Of a DNA stretch of 64,000 bases, positions 18,525 through 28,561 are shown piece after piece (within the stretch, counting starts at the first letter, position 1; each line of letters starts with the position of its first letter). This stretch comes from Candidatus Poseidoniales archaeon (GTDB lineage Archaea > Thermoplasmatota > Poseidoniia > Poseidoniales > Poseidoniaceae). Location: assembly GCA_003602575.1 (NCBI GenBank), contig QQRY01000059.1, positions 145-64,144 of the forward strand, in the 5' to 3' direction. Made by a program: the position numbers and the translations under genes. A model generated the notes under the pieces. That model did no database searches, was not told where the DNA came from, and saw only the letters and a list, made by a program, of their open reading frames with translations.

Positions 18525-19952
18525 TCAATTGACAATAGATGATTTTATACTAATTCCATTCATTTGATTCTTCTCTAATGCCTTTATTGCTAGACCAATT
18601 TTACTCGTGTGTATTTCTACTTTAGTTGAAGTATCTTCAAAGATTATGTCTCCGATTGCTAGTTCATCACATTTTATCGCATTTACGAACCACTGAGTGA
18701 TATTTCTTGAAGAGCCTAATTTTGAGGAGGGGGCGTCAAGTTCAAGTGTAACAAATCCAAAAACACTAGAATTTTCTTGGTAATCATCTTGATACTTTAC
18801 TAGTTCATCAACTCCTTCGTTTAATGCAGGTACTTCAGATTCACTGATATCTAAATTATAGGTTGCAATTATTTTGGATAATTGAGGAGAGTCGTCTTTG
18901 GAGACAAGACTCCATGCTTCTCCTGTTCGACCAATTCTACCTGTTCGACCAACTCTGTGAATGAATGAATCAATATCGTTAGGAATATCATAGTTGATAA
19001 CTAGGGTAATCCCATCGACATCAATCCCTCGTGCCGCTACATCGGTTGCAATGATTGTTTTGAAATCACCGTTCTTGAATTTATCAAGTATTTTCTCTCT
19101 TTGATTCTGGTTCAAATCACCATGCAATCCTTCAACACTGAACTTATTTTTTCTGAGTCTTTGAGTTGCTAAATCAACCATTCTCTTGGTATTACAAAAG
19201 ATAATTGTTTGATCATCCTCATCCATTCGCAACAATAAACGTGATAATGCCCATAATTTATTGGCCCTTCCAATTCTTACACTGAACATATCAACAGGAG
19301 GTAAATCCAATTCTTCAGTATTGGTCAAAATGAATTCCGGTTCATTCATGAACTCATTTGCTGCGTCGATTATCTCTTGAGGGAATGTTGCAGAAAATAG
19401 TAGAGTTTGTTGTCTATTTGTCATCTTTTCAACTACCCACATAATGTCTGGGAAAAATCCCATATCCAACATTCTATCCGCTTCATCTAGACAAAATATT
19501 GATGCTGAAGACATATCGATAAATTCTCTTCGAGTCATATCCATCACTCTTCCAGGAGTCCCCACGATAATATCAACACCATCTTGTAATTTTCTTGCTT
19601 GTTTCTCTAAATCAGTACCGCCATAAACAGTAACTATTTTCAATCCCAAGTCACCTTGCAGTGAATCTATCTCCTGTGAAACTTGATTAGCAAGTTCTCT
19701 AGTTGGAGCTAGGATTAGTGCTTGAAATTCACCAGTAGGTTGACAAGATTCTAAAATTGGAATACCAAATGCTGCAGTTTTACCTGAACCAGTTCTTGCT
19801 TGACCAATAATGTCTAAGCCCTTCCTTGCAAGGGGAATTGTATCCTTTTGAACTTGAGTTGCAAACTCCCAACCGAGAGAGTCTAGTCCTGATTGAAGTT
19901 GGGGTGGCAAATTCCACGCTTTGAAAGTTTGATTTGTGAACATTTTTTTCAC
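18525..19952 (-). CDS. DEAD-box ATP-dependent RNA helicase with DbpA-like C-terminal RNA-binding domain
   Basis: Motifs AQTGSGKTAAF, PTRELA, DEAD, SAT and HRVGRTGR. About 75 aa of C-terminal extension. Confidence 0.9.
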   Translation of the reverse strand: MKKMFTNQTFKAWNLPPQLQSGLDSLGWEFATQVQKDTIPLARKGLDIIGQARTGSGKTAAFGIPILESCQPTGEFQALILAPTRELANQVSQEIDSLQGDLGLKIVTVYGGTDLEKQARKLQDGVDIIVGTPGRVMDMTRREFIDMSSASIFCLDEADRMLDMGFFPDIMWVVEKMTNRQQTLLFSATFPQEIIDAANEFMNEPEFILTNTEELDLPPVDMFSVRIGRANKLWALSRLLLRMDEDDQTIIFCNTKRMVDLATQRLRKNKFSVEGLHGDLNQNQREKILDKFKNGDFKTIIATDVAARGIDVDGITLVINYDIPNDIDSFIHRVGRTGRIGRTGEAWSLVSKDDSPQLSKIIATYNLDISESEVPALNEGVDELVKYQDDYQENSSVFGFVTLELDAPSSKLGSSRNITQWFVNAIKCDELAIGDIIFEDTSTKVEIHTSKIGLAIKALEKNQMNGISIKSSIVN

Positions 19953-19989
19953 CTCCGTCTCAATTCACTACGGGCCGCCGAGACGGGGG
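19952..19989 (-). promoter_or_regulatory. 5'-leader hairpin sequestering the helicase Shine-Dalgarno sequence
   Basis: On the minus strand, CCCCCGUCUC-(18 nt)-GAGACGGAGG forms a 10-bp stem (one G-U). Its 3' arm contains GGAGG, 8-12 nt upstream of the ATG at 19952. Confidence 0.45.
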
Positions 19990-20008
19990 CAACCCTCTAC
20001 GAATGTAA

Positions 20009-20224
20009 TCAGAAGTTATCCTTTTCAGCAATTTCTTTCTGAAGAATACCCATCCAGTACTTGCGAGCATTTTCTTTGTTTAATGGGCGACGCATCTGTC
20101 TGACATGTTCCAAAATGTATTGTCGGAACTTCAAAGATTTGTTTCGATTAACTCCCTTTGGGGTTAGTCCATCCCACAAACGATCAAATTGTTCAGCTTT
20201 ATCATTGAAAGGAGAGTCACTCAT
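20009..20224 (-). CDS. Small basic hypothetical protein
   Basis: 71-aa ORF with GAGGTG upstream. No recognisable motif. Confidence 0.4.
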   Translation of the reverse strand: MSDSPFNDKAEQFDRLWDGLTPKGVNRNKSLKFRQYILEHVRQMRRPLNKENARKYWMGILQKEIAEKDNF

Positions 20225-20299
20225 AATTACACCTCTTAAGCAAGCAGTCCACTAAAGCCCCCTTCTTAACCATGCCGACAATTAATTCTGATGGATTAA

Positions 20300-21604
20300 T
20301 CAAAATTCTTCATCATCAGAATCCATCAAATAGTCATCTTCATCATATCCCATCATTTCATCTTGACTGACTGGACGATACAAAGGATTGTTCTTCATTG
20401 CCTCTTCTTTGAGAGATTCATTCTTTTTGATATTGCGTTCTTCTTCTGTTAGAGGCTTCTTGGATGCTGCATTAACATTAACTTCAGTTGTTAATTTTTC
20501 TAATCCTAACTGGATACCATGCGCCTCAGCAACCTCTCTGTCCAACTTAGGGACTGAAGGCGAAGGCGCCAAGAACTTGTTCTTTTGAGATTCCGAACCC
20601 TCAAGAGATTCATCAATAGTCATCTCTTTCAATTCTTTACGTAGTTTAGGATCTACCTCACTCTTCAGCAAGTCAGTAGCTACGCCACGTAAGACCTCTT
20701 CAGAATATAATTTAGGAAGCATTTCGATACATGCTCGACGAATATTGATATCTTTCGATGAAGCACTTTGAAGAATTAATTCTCTCGCCCTTCCACTGTC
20801 CTTATCCATACCTTGAATGGCTTTTACAGCACTCAATCTAACCTTAGGGTCTGAGTCAATAATGGCTCTTTCAGAAAAGATAGTAGCAAGTCTTGTTTCA
20901 TTTCTTGCTAGGGACGGCAGGGTTTTGGCAGCATTTCGGCGAACTTCGACATCTTCATCATCCAAAGCCCAAGATATAAGATCCCAAGTCACTGAACCAC
21001 CCTTGGATAACAGTTTCCTCAATAGTTTAGCAGCTTTCCTTCGATAGATAGGGTCTTCTTCAAGAAGAAGCGTATCGATGTGTTCACAAGCAACTGAAGG
21101 CCATGTTTCGCAGAGGGAATTAAGTCCTTTCCAAGCAGCATCCATTCTGCTTTTATTGTATGAACGTAATTCATTTTGTAGAATTACTTGAACGCCAGAC
21201 GGGAATACTGGTGCTGAGAGCGAAAGACATTTGCTCGCTGCTTGTCTAACATTTACATCAGAATCGTCTAATAATACAGAAAGCCAATCAAATAACTCAT
21301 CAGATTTTTGTGTTGCCACCTCTGGAAGAGCCTTCAATCCTGCCTCCCTAATTTCAGGATCATCGCTTTCTAGAGCCAATAATAGTGTCTCATGAGCCTT
21401 CATGGCATTCCTACCTTTACCCTTAATCCGGGTCAAAGCAATGATTCCTTCGGGTTTGAATAATACTAAATCTTTACCTTTCCAACTTACATTAACTGAT
21501 ACGATTTCTCCTCTAGATAGAGGGATTATGTCTTGTTCATTTATCGCCATCCAAGGACCTGATTCAGTTTCCACTACATGATTTAGATTTTTAGAACCAC
21601 CCAT
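20300..21604 (-). CDS. HEAT-repeat (PBS-lyase-type) protein with acidic C-terminus
   Basis: Repeated D(P/V)xVRxxAaxaL units: DPEIREAGLKAL, DVNVRQAASKCL, DVEVRRNAAKTL, DPKVRLSAVKAI. Confidence 0.7.
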   Translation of the reverse strand: MGGSKNLNHVVETESGPWMAINEQDIIPLSRGEIVSVNVSWKGKDLVLFKPEGIIALTRIKGKGRNAMKAHETLLLALESDDPEIREAGLKALPEVATQKSDELFDWLSVLLDDSDVNVRQAASKCLSLSAPVFPSGVQVILQNELRSYNKSRMDAAWKGLNSLCETWPSVACEHIDTLLLEEDPIYRRKAAKLLRKLLSKGGSVTWDLISWALDDEDVEVRRNAAKTLPSLARNETRLATIFSERAIIDSDPKVRLSAVKAIQGMDKDSGRARELILQSASSKDINIRRACIEMLPKLYSEEVLRGVATDLLKSEVDPKLRKELKEMTIDESLEGSESQKNKFLAPSPSVPKLDREVAEAHGIQLGLEKLTTEVNVNAASKKPLTEEERNIKKNESLKEEAMKNNPLYRPVSQDEMMGYDEDDYLMDSDDEEF

Positions 21605-21775
21605 TTGTATTGGCTTGCCGGTTCGGGGATCTCTAGCGATGTATTCACGTGAAATTCATATTCCCCCTTGATGCGCGCATAGTACCTGTTCAAAAGAAAC
21701 TATTGCTTCCATGGGCTTCAATTCATTCTAGGGATTATCAACTATAACACCTAAATTGAAAAACAATCACCCTAT

Positions 21776-22396
21776 ATGCCAATCATGGCGGATGCAGATG
21801 TTGATGATATCTGTAGAGTTTTAGCGGTCTGCTTTCGTCATGGTGAGTCACTTTCAGAACTTGATATCGAGAGAGTTTTATCTTTTGACATGGGCTGGCT
21901 ATCTCCCGATGAAGCCAGTACTGCTGTACATGCTCTAATTGATTCCGGATGGTTGATTGGAGATGTTGATGACTTGCAACCTGTGGTAAAAAATAATTCG
22001 ATTACAACACCACTTGGTTGGTTTCCTAGACCTTCGAGATTAATCAATCCAGTAAGGTATGATTCTAAACAATTTAATGAATCGTCAAATAGTGAGGGTA
22101 TACCTGTAACTGAAGAACCGACTAAGAAAGTTGAGGCACCTGTCAAAATTGATGCCCAGTCTGAATTAACAAGTAAAGATCCAAGAGCAAAAATGGAAAG
22201 AAGGTTGAAACGGTATGTTGCGAAACAATCTAAACTTGATATTGAAGAAATTGAAAGACGAATTCAAAGAAAAAAGAATGCTTTGAGTTTCGTAACCGTT
22301 TGGATGTGTATTGCATTAGTAGCACGAGAGCAGGGTCTAGAAATGAAAGATATTATCGAAGCACTTTCTGGAAATCAAGCCAAATCATCTAACTGA
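21776..22396 (+). CDS. Conserved archaeal hypothetical protein (DUF2240-like)
   Basis: The N-terminal pattern LSELDIERVLSFDMGWLSPDEASTAVHALIDSGWL resembles the DUF2240 signature as I recall it. Confidence 0.45.
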   Translation: MPIMADADVDDICRVLAVCFRHGESLSELDIERVLSFDMGWLSPDEASTAVHALIDSGWLIGDVDDLQPVVKNNSITTPLGWFPRPSRLINPVRYDSKQFNESSNSEGIPVTEEPTKKVEAPVKIDAQSELTSKDPRAKMERRLKRYVAKQSKLDIEEIERRIQRKKNALSFVTVWMCIALVAREQGLEMKDIIEALSGNQAKSSN

Positions 22397-24978
22397 GGTT
22401 CAAACTCTTTTTCGATTACTTGTTCCTCTTTACTTCTAGCAGAAAGTTCCATGACAACAGGAAGTAATACTAGTGCTAACAGCAGAGAAAAGAAGACGGT
22501 GATCGCTGTAATTAACCCAAAGTCCTGTATTACAGGCATTGGAGAAAACATCAGAACTAAGAATCCAAGAGCTGTTGTCAAAGCACTCATAATCAAAGCG
22601 ACACCTGTAGTAGATATTGATGCCCTAAGTGCGTCCCAATGATTATTTCTACGGGCCAATTCAACTTCAAAACGACGCCACATGTGTATCGAATAATCTA
22701 TACCAATTCCTAATGTTAGCGCAGTCACCATTACAGTCAAAACATTCCATTTCAAACCGATTACAGCCATCGAACCAACTACCCAAAGAGATGCCACACC
22801 TACCGGGAATAGAATAACCACCGCAGGTAAGATTCTTCTGGTTAGAGAAATTAGAACAATAAAGGATACAATGAGTGAAATTGCTGTGGATTTGATTTGA
22901 GAAATCGAAATACCGTCAAGAACTGATTGAAGCATTGCTAAATCTCCGGTTACGTATAATTCCGAATTAGAAGCAAGATTATATCTCAAAGTACCAGATT
23001 TAGATTCATCTCCTAGCATTGTTTCAAAGTCCTTCACAACTTGTTCGGACTGAACTGAAGTTGAGGCTTCGACTCGAACTTCATTCCTAAGGTAGATTAT
23101 ATTTGACCCTTCGAGATATACGCTATTTTCAACTCTTTGTGACCAAGTCTCACCACTGATGGCATCAGCAGTAGTATCATTTTCCATAAGTGACTTGAAA
23201 GCAAATCCTAAATCACATCCCCTGCTATAATTATCAACATAGACGCCACCGTCAGCAAAAACTTCTAAATTATGAGTTTCACCAAAATTACTATCTCGTA
23301 GAATTGCATCTCGCAAAATTACATAAGGTCCTTCATATGAAGGAGATGGTAGTTTGCCATCAGTACCTACAACGTCGTGATTCGATTCTAAATCACCATG
23401 TAAACCCCGTAATTCTGTCAATAAATCAGAATCCCCATCAATGTATACTTTCTCTTCGACTGGCTCGAATAAAACATAGATGACTTTCCATCCAGCACTA
23501 TCGTAATTTTCAGCTAATTCGCCCCTAACACTCATTATTTCCATATCTGGATCAACAAAATCTCCCAAATCAAAGTCAGTGTCAAGTGATGCTGCGCCAA
23601 AAATTGAAATTCCTGAAAGAAGTAATACAACAAGGAAAATACTTACTTGTTGTTTCTGTTGAACCTTGGCCAAAGTATTAGCAAAAACCGGCATAGTAAT
23701 CGCTTTAGATTCACTTACCAACTTAGAAGAATCAAAAACTACATGAAGAGCACCAACTACTACGGTGGATGTAATGAATGCACAAATGACACCAAATGCT
23801 AATGCTAATCCAAATGTTGTCAAAGGAGGCAATGGAGAGATGATATTCGCTAGGAATGCTGCAACAGTCGTTATCACAGCTAAAGAGAGTGGAACTGATA
23901 GTCTTGCACATGCACGTAACCATGATTCTGCAGGATCTGAGTATTGCTCTCGGACTGTGGCATTTGCTCTTTGTAAGTGAATTGCATAGTCAATGCCTAA
24001 GCCAAGAACAAGTGGAGCAACAGCAACTTCGAGTGCTGTAAACTTTACATTGAATAGATTCAGAGCGCCATATGTCCAAATTAGAGCGCATGATAATCCT
24101 ACCAGAGGGAAAGCCACATCTCTGACTGAACGGAATGTGAAAATAAGTAAAACAACAACTACTAGCAGAGCCAGGATCACTAGTAAGGCTAAATTATCAA
24201 AAGTGCCACTATCGATATCATAGGATAATAAGTCTAGTGAAACAACGCCATAATCTAGTTCTGAATCATCTGAAATTTGGTTGAATTTCTGTCTCAATTC
24301 AACTTGAACTTCTTTTCTCTCCTCCTCGGAAAGTTCAGGATCGATTTCCAATACCCAAAGCGTCGAACTAGCCACAGGAGTTCCGTCGCCTGTAGCCTCA
24401 GAAAGATAATCACAAGTTGGAGTGAAGTCTAGATCTGTATTCAATAATGCGGATGATGCATAAGTTGCTGCTGAAAGAAATTGATCGTCATTGGTTAATC
24501 GGCACTCTACATCCTCATCCACAATCTCATCCAATAATTGATTCCATGAACTGAGTTGTGAGAGATTAGTTCCATTTGATTCCTCATCTAAGGCCAATTG
24601 AAGTATACTTGGCGTAGTAGTCCAAACCGTAATTGAATCATCTTGGGACTTAGAGATCTCCTCAATTTCTAAAAGATGCTGTTGCATTAATAGTATGTTA
24701 TCGAATGTAAGAACATTTCCTCCATCATCACGTTCTACATCAATGAAAAGGGGCCTAGTTTCATTTGGAAAATACTCATGAATTCTATCATGGGCATCTT
24801 TTGACTCCGAATCGGGAGAAAAAGCATCCAAGTCAGTATTGAATTGAGGGGGTGAGGAAAATAAATTTCCTAGCAAAAGTACCGTAATTAGACCAGTAAC
24901 GACCAAAATAGGAATAGACACCTTACGGAATTTGTCTGTAAATGAGGCCATAGTCTCCTCTAACTTCACAGTGTCCAT
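22375..24978 (-). CDS. RND-superfamily exporter (MMPL/COG1033-type), 12 TM with two large extracytoplasmic loops
   Basis: Two half-repeats, each with the G(L/I)GIDY(A/S)IH motif (GLGIDYAIHLQRA; GIGIDYSIHMWRRF). The ATG at 24978 (MDTVKLEE) is preferred over the ORF opening at 25035. Confidence 0.8.
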   Translation of the reverse strand: MDTVKLEETMASFTDKFRKVSIPILVVTGLITVLLLGNLFSSPPQFNTDLDAFSPDSESKDAHDRIHEYFPNETRPLFIDVERDDGGNVLTFDNILLMQQHLLEIEEISKSQDDSITVWTTTPSILQLALDEESNGTNLSQLSSWNQLLDEIVDEDVECRLTNDDQFLSAATYASSALLNTDLDFTPTCDYLSEATGDGTPVASSTLWVLEIDPELSEEERKEVQVELRQKFNQISDDSELDYGVVSLDLLSYDIDSGTFDNLALLVILALLVVVVLLIFTFRSVRDVAFPLVGLSCALIWTYGALNLFNVKFTALEVAVAPLVLGLGIDYAIHLQRANATVREQYSDPAESWLRACARLSVPLSLAVITTVAAFLANIISPLPPLTTFGLALAFGVICAFITSTVVVGALHVVFDSSKLVSESKAITMPVFANTLAKVQQKQQVSIFLVVLLLSGISIFGAASLDTDFDLGDFVDPDMEIMSVRGELAENYDSAGWKVIYVLFEPVEEKVYIDGDSDLLTELRGLHGDLESNHDVVGTDGKLPSPSYEGPYVILRDAILRDSNFGETHNLEVFADGGVYVDNYSRGCDLGFAFKSLMENDTTADAISGETWSQRVENSVYLEGSNIIYLRNEVRVEASTSVQSEQVVKDFETMLGDESKSGTLRYNLASNSELYVTGDLAMLQSVLDGISISQIKSTAISLIVSFIVLISLTRRILPAVVILFPVGVASLWVVGSMAVIGLKWNVLTVMVTALTLGIGIDYSIHMWRRFEVELARRNNHWDALRASISTTGVALIMSALTTALGFLVLMFSPMPVIQDFGLITAITVFFSLLLALVLLPVVMELSARSKEEQVIEKEFEPQLDDLA

Positions 24979-25109
24979 AGAAAGGCGACGCGGATTCAGT
25001 AAAAAAGTAAAGGGGTTAATAGTACACAAATACAATCATTTTAGATTTCACCGACGATTATTGAAAGGATAACTTCAAAACAAGTAGGCTTCACGACAGA
25101 CCGTTCGCT

Positions 25110-25367
25110 ATGCCAGTAAAGGTACTTATCATGGAAAAAAATGAACTGAGATTGAGAATTATTGGTGAAAGCCATACTGCTCTTCAAATGCTTCGTGAGC
25201 GCTTGAATGGACACAAAAATGTCGATTATGCCAACTATTTCCCCGGTCACCCTGAGTTGGATGACCCAGAATTTTATATTAGAATCAAGGGGAAAAGTTC
25301 TGGTGAAAAGTTGCTAAAAGAAATAGTCGGCGGAATCTCAAAGGATTTTTCTTCAATAAGCCTCTGA
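25110..25367 (+). CDS. rpoL: DNA-directed RNA polymerase subunit Rpo11 (RpoL)
   Basis: NELRLRIIGESHTALQMLRERL...VDYANYFPGHPELDDPEFYIRI matches the Rpo11/RBP11 pattern. Confidence 0.75.
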   Translation: MPVKVLIMEKNELRLRIIGESHTALQMLRERLNGHKNVDYANYFPGHPELDDPEFYIRIKGKSSGEKLLKEIVGGISKDFSSISL

Positions 25368-25380
25368 AGGGGCTGAAATC

Positions 25381-26781
25381 ATGGCTTTTTCTGACCCTTT
25401 GTCAAATTTGATTGGGCTTGAGGGTTATGCTACTGATACCAAAGGTATTGGAGGATTGCTAAAATCTAGAGTCACCGATTTTAGAGTTGAGGAAATTTCT
25501 ACCCCTCTTCATTTAGAGCCACGCGGTAGATTCACAGTAGCAAAAATAACTTTGACAAATTGGGAAACAAATAGATTCTGTACTAATCTAGCAAGAACCC
25601 TCAAAATACCAAGGAATCGAATCTTTTTTGCAGGAACCAAAGATAAAAGGGCTGTAACTCAACAATTATTCGTAATTGATGCAAATCAAAATAAAGTGGC
25701 AGAAGTGGAAATGCCCGATGTTGAAATTGAAATATTGGGTAGAACTCATCAGAAAATAGGCTTTGGAAACCATAGAGGAAATAGATTCACTATAGTTGCA
25801 AGAGGATGTTGTCATGAAGATGGAACTCCTATGACTGAGAAAGAAGCATTGGATGAAGTGGAATTAATCAAGATGAGATTAGATGAATCATTAGGGAGTA
25901 ACTTATTCCCCAACTGGATAGGTCCGCAGAGATTTGGTTCTGGAAGGCCAGTGACCGCCGAAGTAGGTAAGCACATTATAGCAAATAGATGGAAAGATGC
26001 TGCTATGGCATATATCTCAATGCAAGGGATTTCTGAAAAAGAAGATGTTGAAGAATTCAGAAAATTCGTAAGGGATAATGGCCCTGTACAAGAAGCCTTG
26101 GAAATAATACCTCAATGGCTAGGATTTGAAAAACGAATGCTAGAACAATTGATCAAAAAACCTGATGATTGGGTAGGTGCGATTCTAAAACTTCCAAATA
26201 ATCTTCAATTAATGACTATTCATGCACTACAATCAGTTGTTTTTAATAAATCATTAAACTCTAGAATCAATGCAAAATTACCAATTTCCACTCCTGTTAT
26301 TGGAGATTTAGTTGGAAGAATAGATGAAAAGGGTCAATTGGATGCATCGAGTTGTATAATGGTCGAACAACGAACATTACCTCGAGTAGAGAGAAATTGT
26401 GTATTGGGAAGATTAAGTCCAACCGGACCTTTACCTGGAAGTGAGATCTCTACTTGTGAAGGAGAAAGTGGAGATATAGAAAAGCAAACTATCAGAGATA
26501 TGGAATTAGAAGACGCTAACTGGTACATAGAAAGAATACCAAGACTTTCAACAAAAGGAACAAGAAGAGCCCTAGTAACTTCCTTTGGAGATTTTCATGT
26601 AGATACTGTCCCAATTGTTAACGATGACACTTTAGGCACTAAATGGCAACAAGGACCCGGTGAAAATAGTAGATGGCATCCAGAAGGTGCATGTGTAAGA
26701 TTTAGATTTACACTTTCATCTGGTAGCTATGCTACTACATTGCTTAGAGAATTTATGCAATGCCCACTAGGGCAATTATGA
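25381..26781 (+). CDS. truD: tRNA pseudouridine synthase TruD/Pus7
   Basis: Catalytic motif FAGTKDKRAVTQQ. Length and domain layout fit the TruD family. Confidence 0.85.
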   Translation: MAFSDPLSNLIGLEGYATDTKGIGGLLKSRVTDFRVEEISTPLHLEPRGRFTVAKITLTNWETNRFCTNLARTLKIPRNRIFFAGTKDKRAVTQQLFVIDANQNKVAEVEMPDVEIEILGRTHQKIGFGNHRGNRFTIVARGCCHEDGTPMTEKEALDEVELIKMRLDESLGSNLFPNWIGPQRFGSGRPVTAEVGKHIIANRWKDAAMAYISMQGISEKEDVEEFRKFVRDNGPVQEALEIIPQWLGFEKRMLEQLIKKPDDWVGAILKLPNNLQLMTIHALQSVVFNKSLNSRINAKLPISTPVIGDLVGRIDEKGQLDASSCIMVEQRTLPRVERNCVLGRLSPTGPLPGSEISTCEGESGDIEKQTIRDMELEDANWYIERIPRLSTKGTRRALVTSFGDFHVDTVPIVNDDTLGTKWQQGPGENSRWHPEGACVRFRFTLSSGSYATTLLREFMQCPLGQL

Positions 26782-26783
26782 TT

Positions 26784-27059
26784 TCAAAGAAGTCCCATTG
26801 AAAGTACTTCGATTTCTCCAACACCGTGGATCATAGACATCTTTTCTTCGAAATCATCGGACAAACCGCCTTCCTTGTCAGACATGACAACATGAACTTG
26901 TACAAACTTCAGTCCGAAGGCGAGTGGCTTAACGTCAACTGCTTGAACATCATAAACATCGCTAGCTAGAGATTTCACAGCCTCTGCAATTGCTTCAGCA
27001 TTAACATCCTCAACTTCAGAGTTAGGATTCAACTTATATGTCATTGCGACCATACCCAT
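26784..27059 (-). CDS. Translation elongation factor aEF-1 beta
   Basis: 91 aa. VKPLAFGLKFVQVHVVMSD...VGEIEVLSMGLL is typical of aEF-1beta. GAGGTGAT lies upstream. Confidence 0.85.
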   Translation of the reverse strand: MGMVAMTYKLNPNSEVEDVNAEAIAEAVKSLASDVYDVQAVDVKPLAFGLKFVQVHVVMSDKEGGLSDDFEEKMSMIHGVGEIEVLSMGLL

Positions 27060-27068
27060 AATATCACC

Positions 27069-27239
27069 TCAGGGCCCCTGATATCCACAGGTATCGCAGA
27101 TGTATAGTACACCTTGGTTTCGGCATCTAGGACTTCTCCCGATTGAGATTTCGTCACATCCAGGGCAGGGGAAAGTGGTTGAACCTTCCTCTACCAGTGG
27201 AACGCCAGATGATGTACAATTTGCTGCTCTCTCACTCAT
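27069..27239 (-). CDS. Small zinc-ribbon protein (COG2888-like, usually paired with aEF-1beta); not in the ORF track
   Basis: My own translation gives 56 aa: MSERAANCTSSGVPLVEEGSTTFPCPGCDEISIGRSPRCRNQGVLYICDTCGYQGP. GAGGT lies 9 nt upstream, and the stop is 9 nt before the aEF-1beta start. Confidence 0.7.
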   Translation of the reverse strand: MSERAANCTSSGVPLVEEGSTTFPCPGCDEISIGRSPRCRNQGVLYICDTCGYQGP

Positions 27240-27333
27240 GAATATACCTCAGGAACAAAGCCCCCCACGCCCTACCCTTCTTTATGGTTGCGTGAGATGA
27301 GCAATGCTGAAAATATGGTTCTTGAAGCACAAA

Positions 27334-27681
27334 TTAGCGGTCAATAACCGTAATTTGACCTGAAAGGCCTGTGCTAACGACCAATTCGCCGTCTCTAGAA
27401 GTACACCAACCGGAATGAATTCTAACAACATCTCCAATTCTAATTCTATCTATCTGTTCACCCCATAGCACCAACCCTACAAGTCCCGATTCATCTCGAC
27501 CACATGCAGCAGCCAAAGGTCCATTGTATTTTTTTGAATGAACGATTCTACGAGGATATATCCGAAGAATAACTAGTTCAAGCCTCTTGACAACTGTTTC
27601 TGCTTTGAGATCTCGTACTAACTGTCTGTCATATTGTTTTATTCTTCGTCCTAATTTTCTAATAAATGGTTTTCTTGCCAT
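27334..27681 (-). CDS. OB-fold nucleic-acid-binding protein (SSB/RPA-like single OB)
   Basis: The pattern GRDESGLVGLVLWGEQIDRIRIGDVVRIHSGWCTSRDGELVVSTGLSGQI matches the DETG...LW...GD OB-fold signature. Confidence 0.55.
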   Translation of the reverse strand: MARKPFIRKLGRRIKQYDRQLVRDLKAETVVKRLELVILRIYPRRIVHSKKYNGPLAAACGRDESGLVGLVLWGEQIDRIRIGDVVRIHSGWCTSRDGELVVSTGLSGQITVIDR

Positions 27682-27722
27682 AAACTAGGATTTCAATTCA
27701 ATGTTAATCAAACATTCTAACC

Positions 27723-28460
27723 TTATTCTCTCTTTCTTCTAACCTTGAATGATGAATAGACTTCTTCTGGTCCATCATCAATTTCACTTCCGCTCAACTT
27801 TGGTTCAAGTAATGACTCGTAGGTTTTTCTGATGTTGACACCTTTATTCATTTTCCATGGCATGAAATTTCTACACACCAGATAGACTTCTGATGATGAG
27901 TTACGCGAAGCATCGGGAGAGAATCTCTTGACTTCTGAGAAGTAAGGCTTCACTGCCTTAATCAATTCTTCAACACCAATTCCTTGGAATAACTTTGACG
28001 TAAATGAACCGCCTTTACATAATAGTTTCATTGAAAAATCAAAAACATCTGCTACAAGAGTCATTGCAACAGTTTGATCAACATCCCACTTACCAGTAAT
28101 ATCAGGCGAAATATCGGAAATTATTGTATTAATTGGGCGCTCATCTAACTCTTCAAGAATTCTATCTTGCGTCAAATCTTCCGTAATATCACCCACAAGA
28201 AGCGTTGCACCTTCCACTGGTTGACATGGGTCAAGGTCAACTCCAATTACAACTCCCTCATCGCCAACCAGTTCAACTGCTACTTGTGCCCATCCTCCGG
28301 GATGACAACCAACGTCCAGTACTACATCGCCTTCACGAATAAGTTTGAATCTCTTCTGTATCTGAAGTAGCTTAAATGCAGAGCGAGCACGATAGCCACT
28401 GGCTTTTGCTTGACGCCTCCAAGAATCTCGCTTATGATTCTCAATCCAGTGGTCTGCCAT
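27723..28460 (-). CDS. rlmE: 23S rRNA 2'-O-ribose methyltransferase RlmE/FtsJ with C-terminal extension
   Basis: Motifs YRARSAFKLLQI, VLDVGCHPGGWAQV and DISPDITG. Confidence 0.85.
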   Translation of the reverse strand: MADHWIENHKRDSWRRQAKASGYRARSAFKLLQIQKRFKLIREGDVVLDVGCHPGGWAQVAVELVGDEGVVIGVDLDPCQPVEGATLLVGDITEDLTQDRILEELDERPINTIISDISPDITGKWDVDQTVAMTLVADVFDFSMKLLCKGGSFTSKLFQGIGVEELIKAVKPYFSEVKRFSPDASRNSSSEVYLVCRNFMPWKMNKGVNIRKTYESLLEPKLSGSEIDDGPEEVYSSFKVRRKRE

Positions 28461-28561
28461 AGACTCTCACCCAAACCATACTAGAAGTTCATGCAATTGA
28501 AACCTCTTATGATTATACATCAATACACAGGGATGAATAGGGTCAACCTCTTGGCCCGTTC

